DNA of 64,000 nucleotides from Octopus vulgaris (taxonomy: Eukaryota): contig OX597816.1 in assembly GCA_951406725.2 (NCBI GenBank), forward strand, positions 58,776,001 through 58,840,000. Direction: 5' to 3'. Both the position numbers and the translations under genes were made by a program. Positions 14,781 through 28,752 of this stretch are shown here, piece after piece. A model generated the notes under the pieces. The model saw only the letters and a program-made list of their open reading frames with translations, was not told where the DNA came from and made no database searches. Within the stretch, counting starts at the first letter, position 1, and every line of letters begins with the position of its first letter.

Positions 14781-15242
14781 TTTGTGTGTGTGTGTGTTTG
14801 TGTGTGAGTGTGAGAGTGTGTGTGTGTGTGTATGTGAGTGTGTGTGGGAGAGAGTGTGAGTGTGTGTGTGTGTGTGTTTGTGTGTGTATGTGCGTATGTG
14901 TTTGTGTGTGTGTGTGTTTGTGTGTGAGTGTTTGTGAGTTTGTGTGTGTATGTGTGTGTGTGTGTGTTGTGATTATTTAAGACATGTCATATCGTACACA
15001 AACTGAATTCAATAATGCGCATTCTTCAAATAGTTTCTCTCTCTCACCTTTCTCACACACAGGTATGCTTGTTCTTCCCCACCCTCACTCATACATACAA
15101 CACACCCATATGCACCCACATACACACATACATATTTACACATATACCTGAATATTTAAACCCATGCGCATATCCATGTCAGCAGGACTATATGGATTTA
15201 TAGCTAAGTGTGAAATTTGTATAATGATATATATCTATATAT

Positions 15243-15405
15243 AGGTGCAGGAGTGGCGGTGTGGTACGTAGCTCGCTTCCGAACCACATGGCTCCGGGTT
15301 CAGTCTCACTGCGTGAAACATTTGGCAAGTATCTTCTACTATAGCCTCTAGTTGACCAAAGCCTTGTGAGTGGATTTGGTAGACGGAAACTGAAAGAAGC
15401 TCGTC

Positions 15406-15453
<48 letters not shown>

Positions 15454-15672
15454 GCGGTGGGTGCGTGTGTGTGTCCGTGTTTGTCCCCCACTATCGCTTG
15501 ACAACCAATGTTGGTGTGTTTATATCCTCGTCACTTAGCGGTTCGGCAAAAGATACCGACATAATAAGTACTAGGCTTACAAAGAATAAGTCCTGGGATC
15601 GATTTGATCTAGTAGAGGCGGTGCTCCAGCATGGCCACAGTCAAATGAGTGAAACAAATAAAAGAGTAAAAG
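15243..15672 (+). mobile_element. tRNA-CORE SINE, full length
   Basis: A and B boxes, CORE-like segment, (TA)n linker and tail. Confidence 0.9.
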
Positions 15673-15765
15673 AACACACACACACTTACATACACATATA
15701 TCCATCCATACACACACACACACATATATCTATATATATAAAATGTGAATATAAAATTCAAAATG

Positions 15766-15967
15766 TGACCGCGTGTGTACCGTTGGCGATTTTTTTCCTC
15801 TGTCTTCCCTTCTCTGGATCTTTCCTTCTCCTATGTTTCCGACGAAGAGCTCCACTCGAAACGCTAAACCCTCCTTCTTTCCTTCTTTCCTGAGCGTCCA
15901 ATAATACTATATTTGTTCCACGTCCTCGCGTTGTTGTGTTTTTTTTCGTGCTTTCTTGTTTGGATTA

Positions 15968-15975
<8 letters not shown>
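15766..15975 (+). mobile_element. Penelope-like pLTR fragment P1a with hammerhead-like motif at 15835-15869
   Basis: GTTT-CCGACGA-A-GAGC-tcc-ACTC-GAA-ACGC-T-AAAC. Ends in (TA)n. Confidence 0.65.
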
Positions 15976-16027
<52 letters not shown>

Positions 16028-16068
16028 AAAATAGTAAAGTGTGAAAAAACGACAGACAAACTTTCTTA

Positions 16069-16113
<45 letters not shown>

Positions 16114-16199
16114 TATATTTCCTGAGCGCCATACTAATACAATTGTTTGTTTGTTTTCCACCTGCCTTCGTCTTTTGTCTATTTTCATAAAGCTTCCCG

Positions 16200-16715
<516 letters not shown>

Positions 16716-16903
16716 TATATATATATATATATACATGCATACATGCATATACACACGCGCGCGCGCGTGTGTGCCTAAGCAGAAATATATACATTCAAAT
16801 GAGAATGCAGGAATAATGTGTGACTATAAGCATGAGAGCGCAGCTGTACTTTTTTATGGTTAAGTAGTTTCCTTCAAACCAATGTAGTTCCGAATTCGAT
16901 TCC

Positions 16904-17303
16904 AGTGGCTGTGTGGTAAGTAGCTTGCTAACCAACCATATTGTTATGGGTTCAGTCCCACTGCGTGGCATCTTGGGCAAATGTCTTCTGCTATAGCCCC
17001 GGGCCGACCAATGCCTTGTGAGTGGATTTGGTAGACGGAAACTGAAAGAAGCCTGTCGTATATATGTATATATATATATGTATGTGTTTGTGTGTCTGTG
17101 TTTGTCTCCCTAGCATTGCTTGACAACCGATGCTGGTGTGTTTACGTCCCCGTCACTTCGCGGTTCGGCAAAAGAAACCGATAGAATAAGTACTGGGCTT
17201 ACAAAGAATAAGTCCAGGGGTCGATTTGCTCGACTAAAGGCGGTGCTCCAGCATGGCCTCAGTCAAATGACTGAAACAAGTAAAAAAGTAAAGAGTAAAG
17301 AGT
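16904..17303 (+). mobile_element. tRNA-CORE SINE
   Basis: Matches 16309-16715. Confidence 0.92.
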
Positions 17304-18019
17304 AAACCTATGTTAAAGACTCCTGCAACAACCCCAGTTTCAGCATTTCCTTGCATTTTAGTTTGTTTTGGGGTTTTTTTCCACTGGGAAGTTCTGCGTT
17401 CAAATTCCTGGCTGCTATCAGTAGACAAAAAGCTTAATCCGGAAGTGATTATGTTGGTTGTTGTTGTTCTTCTTCTTCTTCATGCTGTTGTTGTCAGCCA
17501 TTGTCAACCTACAGCTGATGGAAGCCTCACCATATTCTTGTCATTGTCTTGGATTCAATCTTAATGTTACCAGCCGATGCTGTTTCAGTATTTAAAGATC
17601 TCAATCTGCCATCTCTTCCGTAGACTTTCTTCTTTTCTTTTCATAATCACTAGGTGTTAACCCGTCGCTGTGCTGCCGGTAAAAATATATGTTCATTATG
17701 CTTATAATTCTTTTATTAGTAGACTATTATATAGTGAAAGTCTCGTTAGTTACTATGGTGACAACAGTCTACCTACCTATCAATCTTTCAGTCACCCCTC
17801 TCTCTCTCTCTCCCACTCTCTCTACCCCGCTCTCTCCTGCTGTATTTCTTTCTCATCAACAGCAACAACCTGTTTTTTAAAACAAATTTTAATTCTATCT
17901 TTCACTCTCTCTCACACACACGCACGCACACACTCACACACACACACACACACAACTTTTTCTCCTCTCCTAAAAATACATTGTAACATTTTGATTCCTC
18001 CCCTTTTTCCCTCCCTGTA

Positions 18020-18858
18020 ATAGATGTTGTGATGAACAGACCGACGGAGATCCGCTTCTCTTTTACAATATGAGATTATTCATGAGCAAAATTTGAGCGA
18101 AGTTTGTTCTCAGGGTGCTCAGTGACGAACAGAAAAAAAGATGTGCTGGTGACAGCAGGGCGATGTTTGATCTCTTTATCTTCAATCGAAGAGTACTTGA
18201 GTCTCTGGTGTCCTGTGACGAAAGCTGAATCGGCTGCTATGATCCTGAAGAGACAGTGTGCCCAATGAAAGCAGCCCGCTCACACGGACCCAAGAAGGTC
18301 AAGCAAAGCAAATCCACCGGGAAGCTTATGATGATTCCCCTTTTCCACAGCAAGGGCATCATCTACATCCACTGGGTTCCCTTCGGACAGTCAGTTAACA
18401 AAGAGTATTTTGTGGAGGATTTGAAGGTGTTCAGGAAGAGATTTCGCCGCCAAAGGCCAGGGGACTTCCACTCGGGTCTGTGGCACCTGCACCAGGACAG
18501 TAGTCCAGTCCACAATTTCATCTTGGTAACAAATTGCTAGACAGAGATGGGCATCAAAATCGTTCCTTAATCTCCTTACAGTCTAGACCTTGCTCCCTGT
18601 TACTTCTTTCCCAAACTGAGTGAAAACCTCAGGGGCAGTAGTTTGCAAGACATTGAGATAAAGTAGGGTGTGACAAGGGTCCCGGATACCTCCACTTCAG
18701 AGACTACCATGGGGCCTTTACAAATTGGCGGGAGTGCTGCAAGAAGTTCATTGAAGTTAGAGGATCCTTCTTTGAAGAAGATTAGAGATTTGTATTTCCT
18801 TGACATTAATAAATGTTTCTTCTGAAAAAAGTCTCAAAACTTCTAGAATGAACTCTGT
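18020..18858 (+). mobile_element. 5'-truncated mariner transposase relic
   Basis: AKFVLRVLSDEQK, SCDES*I..YDP, KLMMIPLFHSKGII, WHLHQDSSPVH and SPYSLDLAP (DD34D motifs), with stops and frameshifts. Confidence 0.85.
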
Positions 18859-18994
18859 AGGTTTTCTTATATACGGGATACCTTGATGCTGTGTGGACTG
18901 AGATCCCTGTTGACAGGCGGCAGTTATTAAAGCCTTATACATTTATTGTATGCAAATTAGAAGCTCTAGTTCGGTAAATCTGCTGAGTTTATTG

Positions 18995-19221
18995 TGATTT
19001 CATCTCAATCGAAGGAGAGGGGCTTTCTCCGTCCGGGTTGCGGATCCGTGGAATAAGCTGCCGGACGAGATAGTGAAGATGCCGATGACCGCTCGGTTCA
19101 AAGTCTCCCTTGTCCACAAGTGGCCTGAAATATTTTCATGAACACCACCCTGTACATAACTCCATGTCCTCTTACATGGCCTTGCCTTTTGCTTTTTGAG
19201 CCAAATAATTAACTAACTAAC
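18995..19221 (+). mobile_element. CR1/L2-group LINE 3' end
   Basis: FHLNRRRGAFSVRVADPWNKLPDEIVKMPMTARFKVSLVHKWPEIFS*, then a short 3' UTR and an (AACT)n tail. Confidence 0.8.
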
Positions 19222-19620
19222 ATATTGGTTATTTGTTTCTCAGGGAATATTCGAGAGGGATGTCTGATGAGAACCCAGCAAAGTACGAAAATCGATTTAG
19301 GCTGTTCGCTCCCTTTTCTTCAATCTACGGAGAAATGAATTTTTCATGTTTGCATGTTTACTACATGGGGGTGTGTGACGTTTTGAGCATGAACTCTTCG
19401 TCAGAAAGAGGAAAGAGGAAAGGTCCGGAGAGAAGGAAAAGATTAGTCCGAGAAAAAATATGCTGAAGTGACCAGACGTGAAGAGAGATAGAGAAAGTTT
19501 TCTAAGGCATGAGAGTGCGAAAATAGCCAATGTGTTTATTTGTGTTTACGTGAGCGATGTGTGTGAGGGAATGGTGTTGATAGGTTAGAAGTTTTATATG
19601 TATATATTAATAGATAGAAG

Positions 19621-19670
<50 letters not shown>

Positions 19671-20107
19671 TATATATATGTATGTGTTATTGCTTTTCTT
19701 TACTTAGATCGTGGGACAGGTCGGCAATGGGGTGGGGGAAACACTTTTGGTGTCAATTGTAGTTGACAGACAATTGGCAGAGATCTGACCAATTAGTGCA
19801 GAGTCAGAGAGAGAGAGAGAGAGAAGTGGAGGGGAGGTAAGAGAGAGACAGAGACTGACAGACAGAAGGGAAAGCCTGAGGATAGGCTGTATATGTATGT
19901 GTGCGTGTGTGTGTGTGTGAGGAAATGATAACATGGTTACTTAATGTTATGTCTAAGATAGAGAGAGAGAGAGAGGTGCGTGAGTCTGTGTGTGTGCGTG
20001 TGTGTGCGTGTGCTTGAGTCTATGTGTGTGGTTGCAGAAATATGGCTATACACACACATACTATGTTGCAAAATCGTCTCCCTCCCTCTCTTTTTCTCTC
20101 TCGTGTA

Positions 20108-20173
<66 letters not shown>

Positions 20174-20700
20174 ATTATTATTATCATCGTCATCATCTTC
20201 AGTAGTTGTAGTAGTAGTAGTGTTGGTGGTGGTGATGGTCGTCGTCGTCGTTGTCATGATGGTGACGGCGGCGGGGGCGGCGGTGGTTGTGGTGGCGGTT
20301 GTAGTTGTAGCAGAATGTCAGTGAACTAATGTCCATCTGTTCAGTGGAGGAGAAAAAACAACCTACGTGCTTGATCATTGTTCATCTGTGTGGAAGGGCA
20401 TGTGTGGAAGGGCATGTTGTTGTCGTTGGTTTTTTTTGTTGTTGCCTCCTGAGTCGTTTTCAAACGTTTGCCTTCATCACTGCATAGTTGTTTGTCACGC
20501 TCGTCCTCGACACCACCGCCACCACCACGTCACCCTCACCATCACCGCCGCCACCACCACCATCACCACACCACCGAGAACAACAACAACAACAGCTATA
20601 CTAACATCACATCCTCACTACCACTACTATCACCACCACCACTACCAACAATAATTCTAATACAAGCACAACCACCAACACCACCACCACCACCACCACC

Positions 20701-20766
<66 letters not shown>

Positions 20767-20860
20767 GATGCTGCTGTTGCTGATACCTCCACCAGTGGCA
20801 CCCCATCACCGTCATATCATCAACATCATAAATTCTACCATGACATCATTTTCGCCATGA
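20108..20860. repeat. Compound trinucleotide low-complexity tract (ATT, GTA, GGT/CAC, CTA)
   Basis: Directly visible. Confidence 0.9.
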
Positions 20861-21155
20861 CCATCACCACGGTACTATTATTGTTTATGCCAAGGATAAT
20901 ATTGTTACCTTCTCTCCATCCCATACAGGTCTCTCTCTCTCTCTCACTTTCTTTCTCTCTCGCTCCCCACCTCACACACTCTCTCTCTCTCACTTTCTTT
21001 CTCTCTCGCTCCCCACCTCTCTCTCTCTCTCTCACCCTCTCTCTCTCTTTGGGAGAGACAGAGACTATGAAAATGACAGAGATTAAAAGAGCGAGACATA
21101 TCAATATGTGTGTGTGAGTGGGTGTTTGTGTGTGAGTGGGTGTTTGTGTGTGTGT

Positions 21156-21291
<136 letters not shown>

Positions 21292-21308
21292 TGCACATAC
21301 ACAATATA

Positions 21309-21344
<36 letters not shown>

Positions 21345-21546
21345 TGTATGTATGTATGTATGTATGTATGTATATACGCATGCATATTTATATCCTGTCA
21401 ATGTAAAGGTTAAAACACCGTTACAAATAGTTTCATGACAGAGTAAATAACGTAGTCAATCTTCGGACGATATGAAACCAATGACCTTTACTTTTCATAT
21501 TTATACAGTACTGAATTTTTGTTCATGTAAATGCATTATGCATTTA

Positions 21547-21587
<41 letters not shown>

Positions 21588-21702
21588 TGCGACAGCTGGT
21601 ACTTCACATCATGTTCCTGACGATCAGAATTATGACAACGAACCAATGAAGCTAGCAGAAACAGCAGCCAAATATCTCTCATATTACGCACTACGGCTTT
21701 AA

Positions 21703-22174
21703 TCATATCTATAAAAGGGAGGATGTGTGTGCGTGCGTGCGTGTGTGCGTGTGTGTGTGTGTGTGTGTGTACGTGATTGTAATTTATGCACGTCCACAAA
21801 TTAGCACGCATGTTGCTCCGATTTTAGGAGAACATTCGTCAACATCCTATCTGGGTTTTGTCAACTTATTTCCTCCCCACTCCCCGAGGCACTCGTGGAT
21901 AGCGTAAATATCTATTTTCAGACATAGTATTTAGCCACAAAAAATATCAGCCATTGCTTTTTTGACGGCGTCTAACAAAAAAAAATAAGATAAAGAAAAG
22001 TGGAAGAAGGAGGCAGAGAGTTTCACGGGAAAGACAAAGTGAGAGAGAGTGAGAGAGAGTAAATGACAACGTTCATAAACAGCCTTAGCTTTTTTGATGG
22101 CATCTAACAAAAAAATAAGATAAAGAAAAGTGGAAGAAGGAGGCAGAGAGTTTCACGGGAAAGACAAAGTGAGA

Positions 22175-22215
<41 letters not shown>

Positions 22216-22927
22216 AGTGATGACGTTCATAAAAAATAAAATGTAAAATGTTTTGTTTTTTGTTTTTGAAAGACACTATATTTTATAATCACACAACAAT
22301 TACAATATATTTATTTTAAATCGTTCATCTTTCTCCCCCCCCCTCTCTCTCACACACATTACTTTGGATGCGAAAGAGTTTTGTTTTTATTTTACGCCGA
22401 GTAAAAAAGTGTTTTGTTGACAATCCATTTATTTAACAACAAAGAAACAAAGAGGTGAGTAACAATTTGTCAGTGAATTACACAATATAAATGGGTACAA
22501 TTTGCGAGGCTTCCACCACACCCCACTCCGCTTCACGGACCTCAAAAAGGGTTTTGAGGCCAGAGTAGTTGATTCAACGCAAAAAAAACGATTTTTTTTC
22601 TTAGTGAAAATCGTGCGAGTGTTAATCTACAAATTTAACATTTTTTCCATTCATTTCTGTTTATGAACATGTATGCGTGCACAAAACATGCAATAGGTGT
22701 ACGTACGTACGTGTGTGTATGTGTTCGTGTCTGTTGCCCATATATATTTATATTATGCTATATATATATAATATATATATATATATACATATATAATATA
22801 TATAACTAATTTTAACGGATTTCGCCCAAATTTGACGTCTATATTACTTAGTTTGGTTTGAAATAAAGAACTTAATTAGCTTAATAATCGTAACTTAATC
22901 CTGGGCAAGGCCGGGTTATACTGCTAG
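21703..22927 (+). mobile_element. Non-autonomous Helitron-like element
   Basis: 5' A|TC..TATAAAAGGGAGGATGTGTGTG start. 3' GC-rich hairpin-like CCTGGGCAAGGCCGGG, then TTATACTG-CTAG|T. Internal ~135-bp tandem duplication (~21955-22230). The 3' end is better supported than the 5' end. Confidence 0.6.
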
Positions 22928-23031
22928 TAAACGATATTTGTGAACTCCTAAACTAACAAGATAAAATGGCATGGACAAGGCTGAAACATCTTTTATCATA
23001 GGCCTTCTTTGTCTGTCTATCTTTCTTGTTC

Positions 23032-23072
<41 letters not shown>

Positions 23073-23118
23073 GGGTATATGCATATATCGATGTGTGTGT
23101 GTGCGCGCGCACTCTCTC

Positions 23119-23350
23119 TAAGGCGGCGAGCTGGCAGAAACGTTAGCACGCCGGACGAAATGATCAGTGGTATTTCGTCTGTCGTTACGTTGTGAGTTCA
23201 AGTTCCGCCGAGGTCGACTTTGCCTTTCATCTTTTCGGGGTCGATAAGTAAAGTACCAGTTTCGCACTGGGGTCGATGTAATCGACTTAATCCATTTGTT
23301 TGTCCTTGTTTGACCTCTCTGCGTTTAGCCCCTTGTGGGTAGTAAAGAAA
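23119..23350 (+). mobile_element. tRNA-Nin/Deu-domain SINE, full length
   Basis: Head aaggcggcgagctggcagaaacgttagc, B box GAGTTCAAGTTCC, Nin-like core, tail gtagtaaagaaa. Confidence 0.9.
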
Positions 23351-23694
23351 CATATATATATGTACACGTTTACACACAAACACGCACGCATACACACGCG
23401 CACACACACACACACACACGCATACACACACGCGCAGACACACACACACACAGTTATTTATTTCTTGTCTGTTCATTTTCTGTTTTGTTTTTAGGCTCAC
23501 CAATTCCCGGTGGCGTTTCGCCGTCGGCACCACCAGAAGGGGATTCAATATTATCGTTAAGGAGCAAAATTGCGTTTGACCCTCTGTCCGATAACTGATG
23601 AGAATTTGGCAACCTTCTGTGTCTGTTTCCCATTTGTTTGTTTATTTATTATATGTTTTTAAGTTATATATATATGTGCGTGTGTGAGGAGTAG

Positions 23695-23845
23695 ATGCAC
23701 AGCCGACAACCGATGAAGGATCGTTCTTTATGCTACTTGTCCTTTTTTCCATTTGTTTCTTTCGTTGTTTACATATTGAACTCATTTGTTTTCGTATTTC
23801 ATGTTGTTTACTGTTGGTGACGTCCTGTACCCATATATGCATATG
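23695..23845 (+). mobile_element. Family P2 repeat fragment (probable Penelope pLTR)
   Basis: Reverse-complement match to 10960-11110 and 44220-44380. Confidence 0.55.
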
Positions 23846-23909
23846 TGTGTATGTGCATATATATAATTAATATTATTATTTGATTGAACGCCACGCATCC
23901 ATTTCCAAG

Positions 23910-23967
<58 letters not shown>

Positions 23968-23968
<1 letters not shown>

Positions 23969-24118
23969 AAATTAGAGACAAAACCACTATTATGCAAATC
24001 AAACAAAGAAAGACTTAAGCCAATACATAAAAAAATTATATAATTAAAATTTAACAAATGAATAACCACTACGATCGTTTCGTGTCAGCACATCTTAGAC
24101 ATTCTTCAGGTGGTTTCT
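23968..24118 (-). mobile_element. Penelope-like pLTR end (family P3) abutting (TA)n
   Basis: Terminus aattagaga-aaaaccactatta..caaatcaaaca is shared with both arms of 42827-43162. Contains a hammerhead. Confidence 0.6.
24064..24115 (-). ncRNA. Type I minimal hammerhead ribozyme
   Basis: AACCAC-CUGAAGA-A-UGUC-(11 nt)-GACA-C-GAA-ACGAUCGU-A-GUGGUU. Perfect 6-bp stem I, canonical core, 4-bp stem II with an A.C closing mismatch, palindromic stem III, GUA cleavage triplet. Confidence 0.8.
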
Positions 24119-24119
24119 A

Positions 24120-24312
24120 AACTAATCCAAACAAGAAAGCACAAAAAACACAACAACGCGAGGACGTGGAACAAATATAGTATTATTGGACGATCAGGAA
24201 AGAAGGAGGGTTTAACGTTTCGAGCGGAGCTCTTCGTCGGGATTATAGGAGAAGAAAAGATCCAGAGAAGGGAAGACAGTGGGAAAAAAATCGCCAACGG
24301 TACACACGCGGT
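24120..24312 (-). mobile_element. Penelope-like pLTR fragment P1a with hammerhead-like motif at 24210-24244
   Basis: CCGACGA-A-GAGC-tcc-GCTC-GAA-ACGT-T-AAAC. Nearly identical to 15766-15975. Confidence 0.65.
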
Positions 24313-25051
24313 CAGTTGTCCAGCTTTGAAGTATCTTCTTCCCATCGGTTTCGGAGCCACCGAAGCTGGTGACGGGTGGAGCATGACCTTCCTTTCAGAT
24401 ATTATAATCATGACCACCACCACGACTACTGCTATCTTTAATTCTGTTTCTACTGTCTCAGTGACTGCAACCTTATAAGCACCCAACTACTACAAATACT
24501 TCCATCATCACTATAAATGCCACCTCCCTTATTTCTGTCTTCGTACTACCTCTTATTTGTACGACCGCTACACCTACATCGCTATAGCTCTACTGGCACC
24601 ACTGCCGCCTATACTACCTAACTACTACCGCCATTGTCACAATAGTCTTAGCCATTACTCACCATTGCTATCGTAATTATTTTGAGCTCATGATCAACAA
24701 AACATTTGCAGTGAATTGAACTTAAAATTCAGTGCTTTACCACAACCACCTCAACCAGTACAACCACTACGATCTCTGTTATAATTAACACAGACCCTAC
24801 TACTACTACTACTACTACAACCACTACATACTATTACACATACTGCATACCACTGTTATCATCATATCAACATTGCTCTCAGTACCATCATCATCATCGC
24901 TATCATCATTAGCTGTCTCATCATCTCAGCTAACATCGTTATCATAGACTTTTATATCCTCTAGACAGACAGACAGATATAAACATATACACATATAGAC
25001 ACATGTACGTACGTGCACATACACGCGTATATGTGTGAGTATATAGATAGG

Positions 25052-25126
<75 letters not shown>

Positions 25127-25662
25127 AGTAAATGTGGTATAAGACAACCAGACAGCTGGATAGAGAGAGAGAGAGAGAGTGGGGAGAGACAAAGAGAAAG
25201 AGGGGGAGAAAGAGCCAAATACGTAATTGCAGAAAGTGATAGTGACCTGTAGAACCAAGTGTGGGAGGGAGTGATAAAGTTTATAAGGAGAGAGAGAGAA
25301 AGAGAGAGAGAGGAGAGAGAGGGGAAGAGAGAAATAGAGATATAGGCAAGGTAATGAGATAGTGAAACTAAAACAGTGAGACACATTATAACAGATGGCA
25401 GGAACACTTTTCAACTAATCCTTCCTCCCTGTCCGCCACCCACCCAGCCTCGTTTTCGGTTGGTTTAAATGCCACATTTCATTAAAACTCTGAACTCCTT
25501 GGATGTGAGTAAACACACACACTGCAACAGTGTAAAGAGTGAAGCACACACATCCCACACACCAACACACACACATATAAACATATACACATATACACAC
25601 ATATACGTACGTGCACACACACACACACACGTATATGTGTGTGTGTATGCGTAAATGTGTGC

Positions 25663-25788
<126 letters not shown>

Positions 25789-26113
25789 GCGCACACACAT
25801 ACTACGCACACGCGCATACACTCACACAATATTTATTTTATAATAAATAAATATCAAGATGTTACTTTCTCCAAAAAGTACTTTGTGGACGCTAGGTAAC
25901 TGATGTCGCTAGAGAAGCGAAACCTTGTAATTTTCTTGTCTTTTCTTTTTTAGTTTTCTCTCCTCAAATCCGAAACTCTATTTGCATTTTGTAGTTCATA
26001 CACATGAACGAATTAAGTGTGAAATGAAATCTTTCACTCTAACAAACAACATTTTCATCAAAACACGCTGCTTTGTTGTTTAACTGACTATAAACAAAAA
26101 TATATTTGCGAAA

Positions 26114-26145
<32 letters not shown>

Positions 26146-26254
26146 GAGCTTTCACATTCCTTAAATCTTGTTACTCATTCTTTCAACTAATCCTTGAGGT
26201 CCCTTGGATTGTTGCTTAAGAAGATACGAAGTTAAACATCTTTTTCGATTAGAC

Positions 26255-26905
26255 CACTGGTTCCCAAGCGAGGTCTGTTTGATCCTTGAGGGTCCTCATA
26301 AGATTTTGTCGTTAAAGTTCACGTGCAGCAAATTGGTTTTAATTCTTCACTACTTTAAATATTTGAACAATTTTTTAAAACATAATTCCTAATAACATTT
26401 AGTAATAAAACTATATATAATAGGTTATTTTAAACATCGAATGGCTACGGGGTCCACCCGAATACAATAATTCCTACTGGAAGCACAAGGCCTCAAATTT
26501 GGAAAGAAGGGATTAAGTCGATTACATTGACCCCAGTGCGTAACTGGAGCAAAGTCGACCCCGACGGCATTTGAACTCAGAACGAAAATACGGACGAAAT
26601 ACCTATTTCTTTACTACCCACAAGGGTCTAAACACAGAGAGGACAAACAAGGACAGACAAACGGATTAAGTCGATTATATCGACCCCAGTGCGTAACTGG
26701 TACTTATTTAATCGACCCCGAAAGGCTGAAAGGCAAAGTCGACCTCGGTGGAATTTGAACTCAGAACGTAACGGCAGACGAAATACGGTTACGCATTTCG
26801 CCCGGCATGCTAACGTTTCTGCCAGCTCGCCGCTTTAGGTCCACCCAAATAAAATATGAACCAAAGGAGTCCATAGGTAAAAAAGAAAATGGTTGAGAAC
26901 CACAA
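26255..26905. mobile_element. hAT (Charlie-like) MITE with nested Nin-SINEs
   Basis: TIRs CACTGGTTCCCAA / TTGAGAACCACAA. 8-bp TSD GATTAGAC / GATTAGAG. Confidence 0.75.
26470..26836 (-). mobile_element. Tandem Nin-domain SINE (full unit plus partial unit)
   Basis: Two Nin-type units joined at aagaaata|ggtatttcgtc. Confidence 0.85.
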
Positions 26906-27376
26906 GATTAGAGTGTAAAATCATTTTCTTGTGGCTTGGCGACATGAAGGATAAGAAGGAAATAACCAATATCTTCAGTCCCTTAATCAGCAAAAATCCT
27001 AGCTGTAAGTTGAACTTACGATCCCATGTTTTAGTGAATATGTTGCCGTCTTAGTCACTGGCGACAGATATACTGAGTTCTAGAGCGACATCCTTGACTG
27101 AAACTCTTGACGTGTCATATGAGGAATGCAGACTAACGTTATCTAGATATTTTTTTTATCTCAAAGATATATGCCTTCGTTTTTTTTTTTATCTTTTAGC
27201 TAGGGGTGGGGAAGGCAGTGCCTGTGACCCTTTACAGACGAGTGAGATGGAAGAGAGGGAGGGTAGGAAGGACGTTAGCCTCTAACCGGAGACCTGGCCT
27301 GAACGCTTGTAACATGTTGGACTCGTCTAGAGAGGCGGGCAGACAGGCAGACAGACAAAAGACAGACAGACGGAAT

Positions 27377-27455
<79 letters not shown>

Positions 27456-27545
27456 TAGACAGGAGACAGAGTGACAGACAGACAGACAGACAGACACCAG
27501 CTACCAAAGGGTATCCAATCCGATTTTCTTTCGGTTCCTCTAAAC

Positions 27546-28118
27546 CAGTGGTTTTCAACCGAGGTCCATACAATCCCTGAGGGTTCATATAAGATTGTTT
27601 GAGGGTCCAAGTAAGAAAATAGTAAATTTGAGAGACACAGTAGTATATTAAGGGCCCCTGAAAAAATTTTGCTTTAGATGTATGTATTGGTGTGTATTAC
27701 AGAAAAAAACAATTAGGTTTCTTTCTATAACATTTTACATTGTTCAACCTACACAAGGGAATGGGTGAAAAACAAAATAGGGATTTTGAAAGAAGTTTCT
27801 ATAAAACTAGTTTTTAAACATCAAGTGGCTATAAGGGTGCACCAGAATAAAATAATAATCAAAGGGGTCCAGAGATGGCTGAGAACTCCTGCTTTAGACG
27901 TATGTATTGATGTGTATTGCAAGAAACAGCTGGGTTTCTTTCTCTAACGTTTTACATTGTTCAACCTACACAAGGGAATGGGGGGAAAACGAAATAGGGA
28001 TTTTGAAAGACGTTTCTATAAGACTAGTTTTTAAACATTGAATGACTATGGGGTCCACCAGAATAAAACTATAATCAAAGGGGTCCATAGATAAAAGAAA
28101 AATGGTTGAGAACCCCTG
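27546..28118. mobile_element. hAT (Charlie-like) MITE with duplicated 3' half
   Basis: TIRs CAGTGGTTTTCAACC / GGTTGAGAACCCCTG. TSD CTCTAAAC / CTCCAAAC. ~220-bp direct duplication 27672-27890 / 27891-28118. Confidence 0.85.
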
Positions 28119-28380
28119 CTCCAAACCATCATCATCTTGAATTGGTACTTTACAATTGTCCCTGAAAGAATAAAAGTTATCTCGGCGAGATTTGTGCTCT
28201 AAAAGAACCGGATCAAGTAAGCTCCGAAAGAACAAAGGTAAAGTTCACCTCGGCGGGATTGGAACTTAGAACGCTGTGACTCGGATTCTGTCAATTTGCT
28301 GCTTTATCAATGATAAAATGTTGTAGCCGTTGATAGCTGAAAAGGACCAAACATAGTAGTAGTAGTGATAGTAGTAGTAA

Positions 28381-28427
<47 letters not shown>

Positions 28428-28484
28428 CTAGTAGTAGTAGCAGCAGCACCAGCAGCAGTAGTAGTATGGGGACATGCGCTGTAA

Positions 28485-28752
28485 CTTGATAGACGGAAAC
28501 TGAATGAAGCCCATTGTATATACATATATGTGTGTGTGTGTGCGTACGTGCGTGCGAGTATTTGTGTGTATGTGTTATTCCATCACCATCGCTTGACAAC
28601 TGATGTTGGCGTGTTCACATACCCGTTACTTAGCAGTTCGACCCCAAAAAAACAGATGGATAGAATAAGTCCTGGGGTCGATTTGTTCGATTAAAGGCGG
28701 CGCTCCAGCATGGCCGCAGTCAAATGACCGAAACAAGTAAAAGAATAAAAAG
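28485..28752 (+). mobile_element. tRNA-CORE SINE, 5'-truncated
   Basis: tagacggaaactgaatgaagcc through tail ccagcatggccgcagtcaaatgac. Confidence 0.85.
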
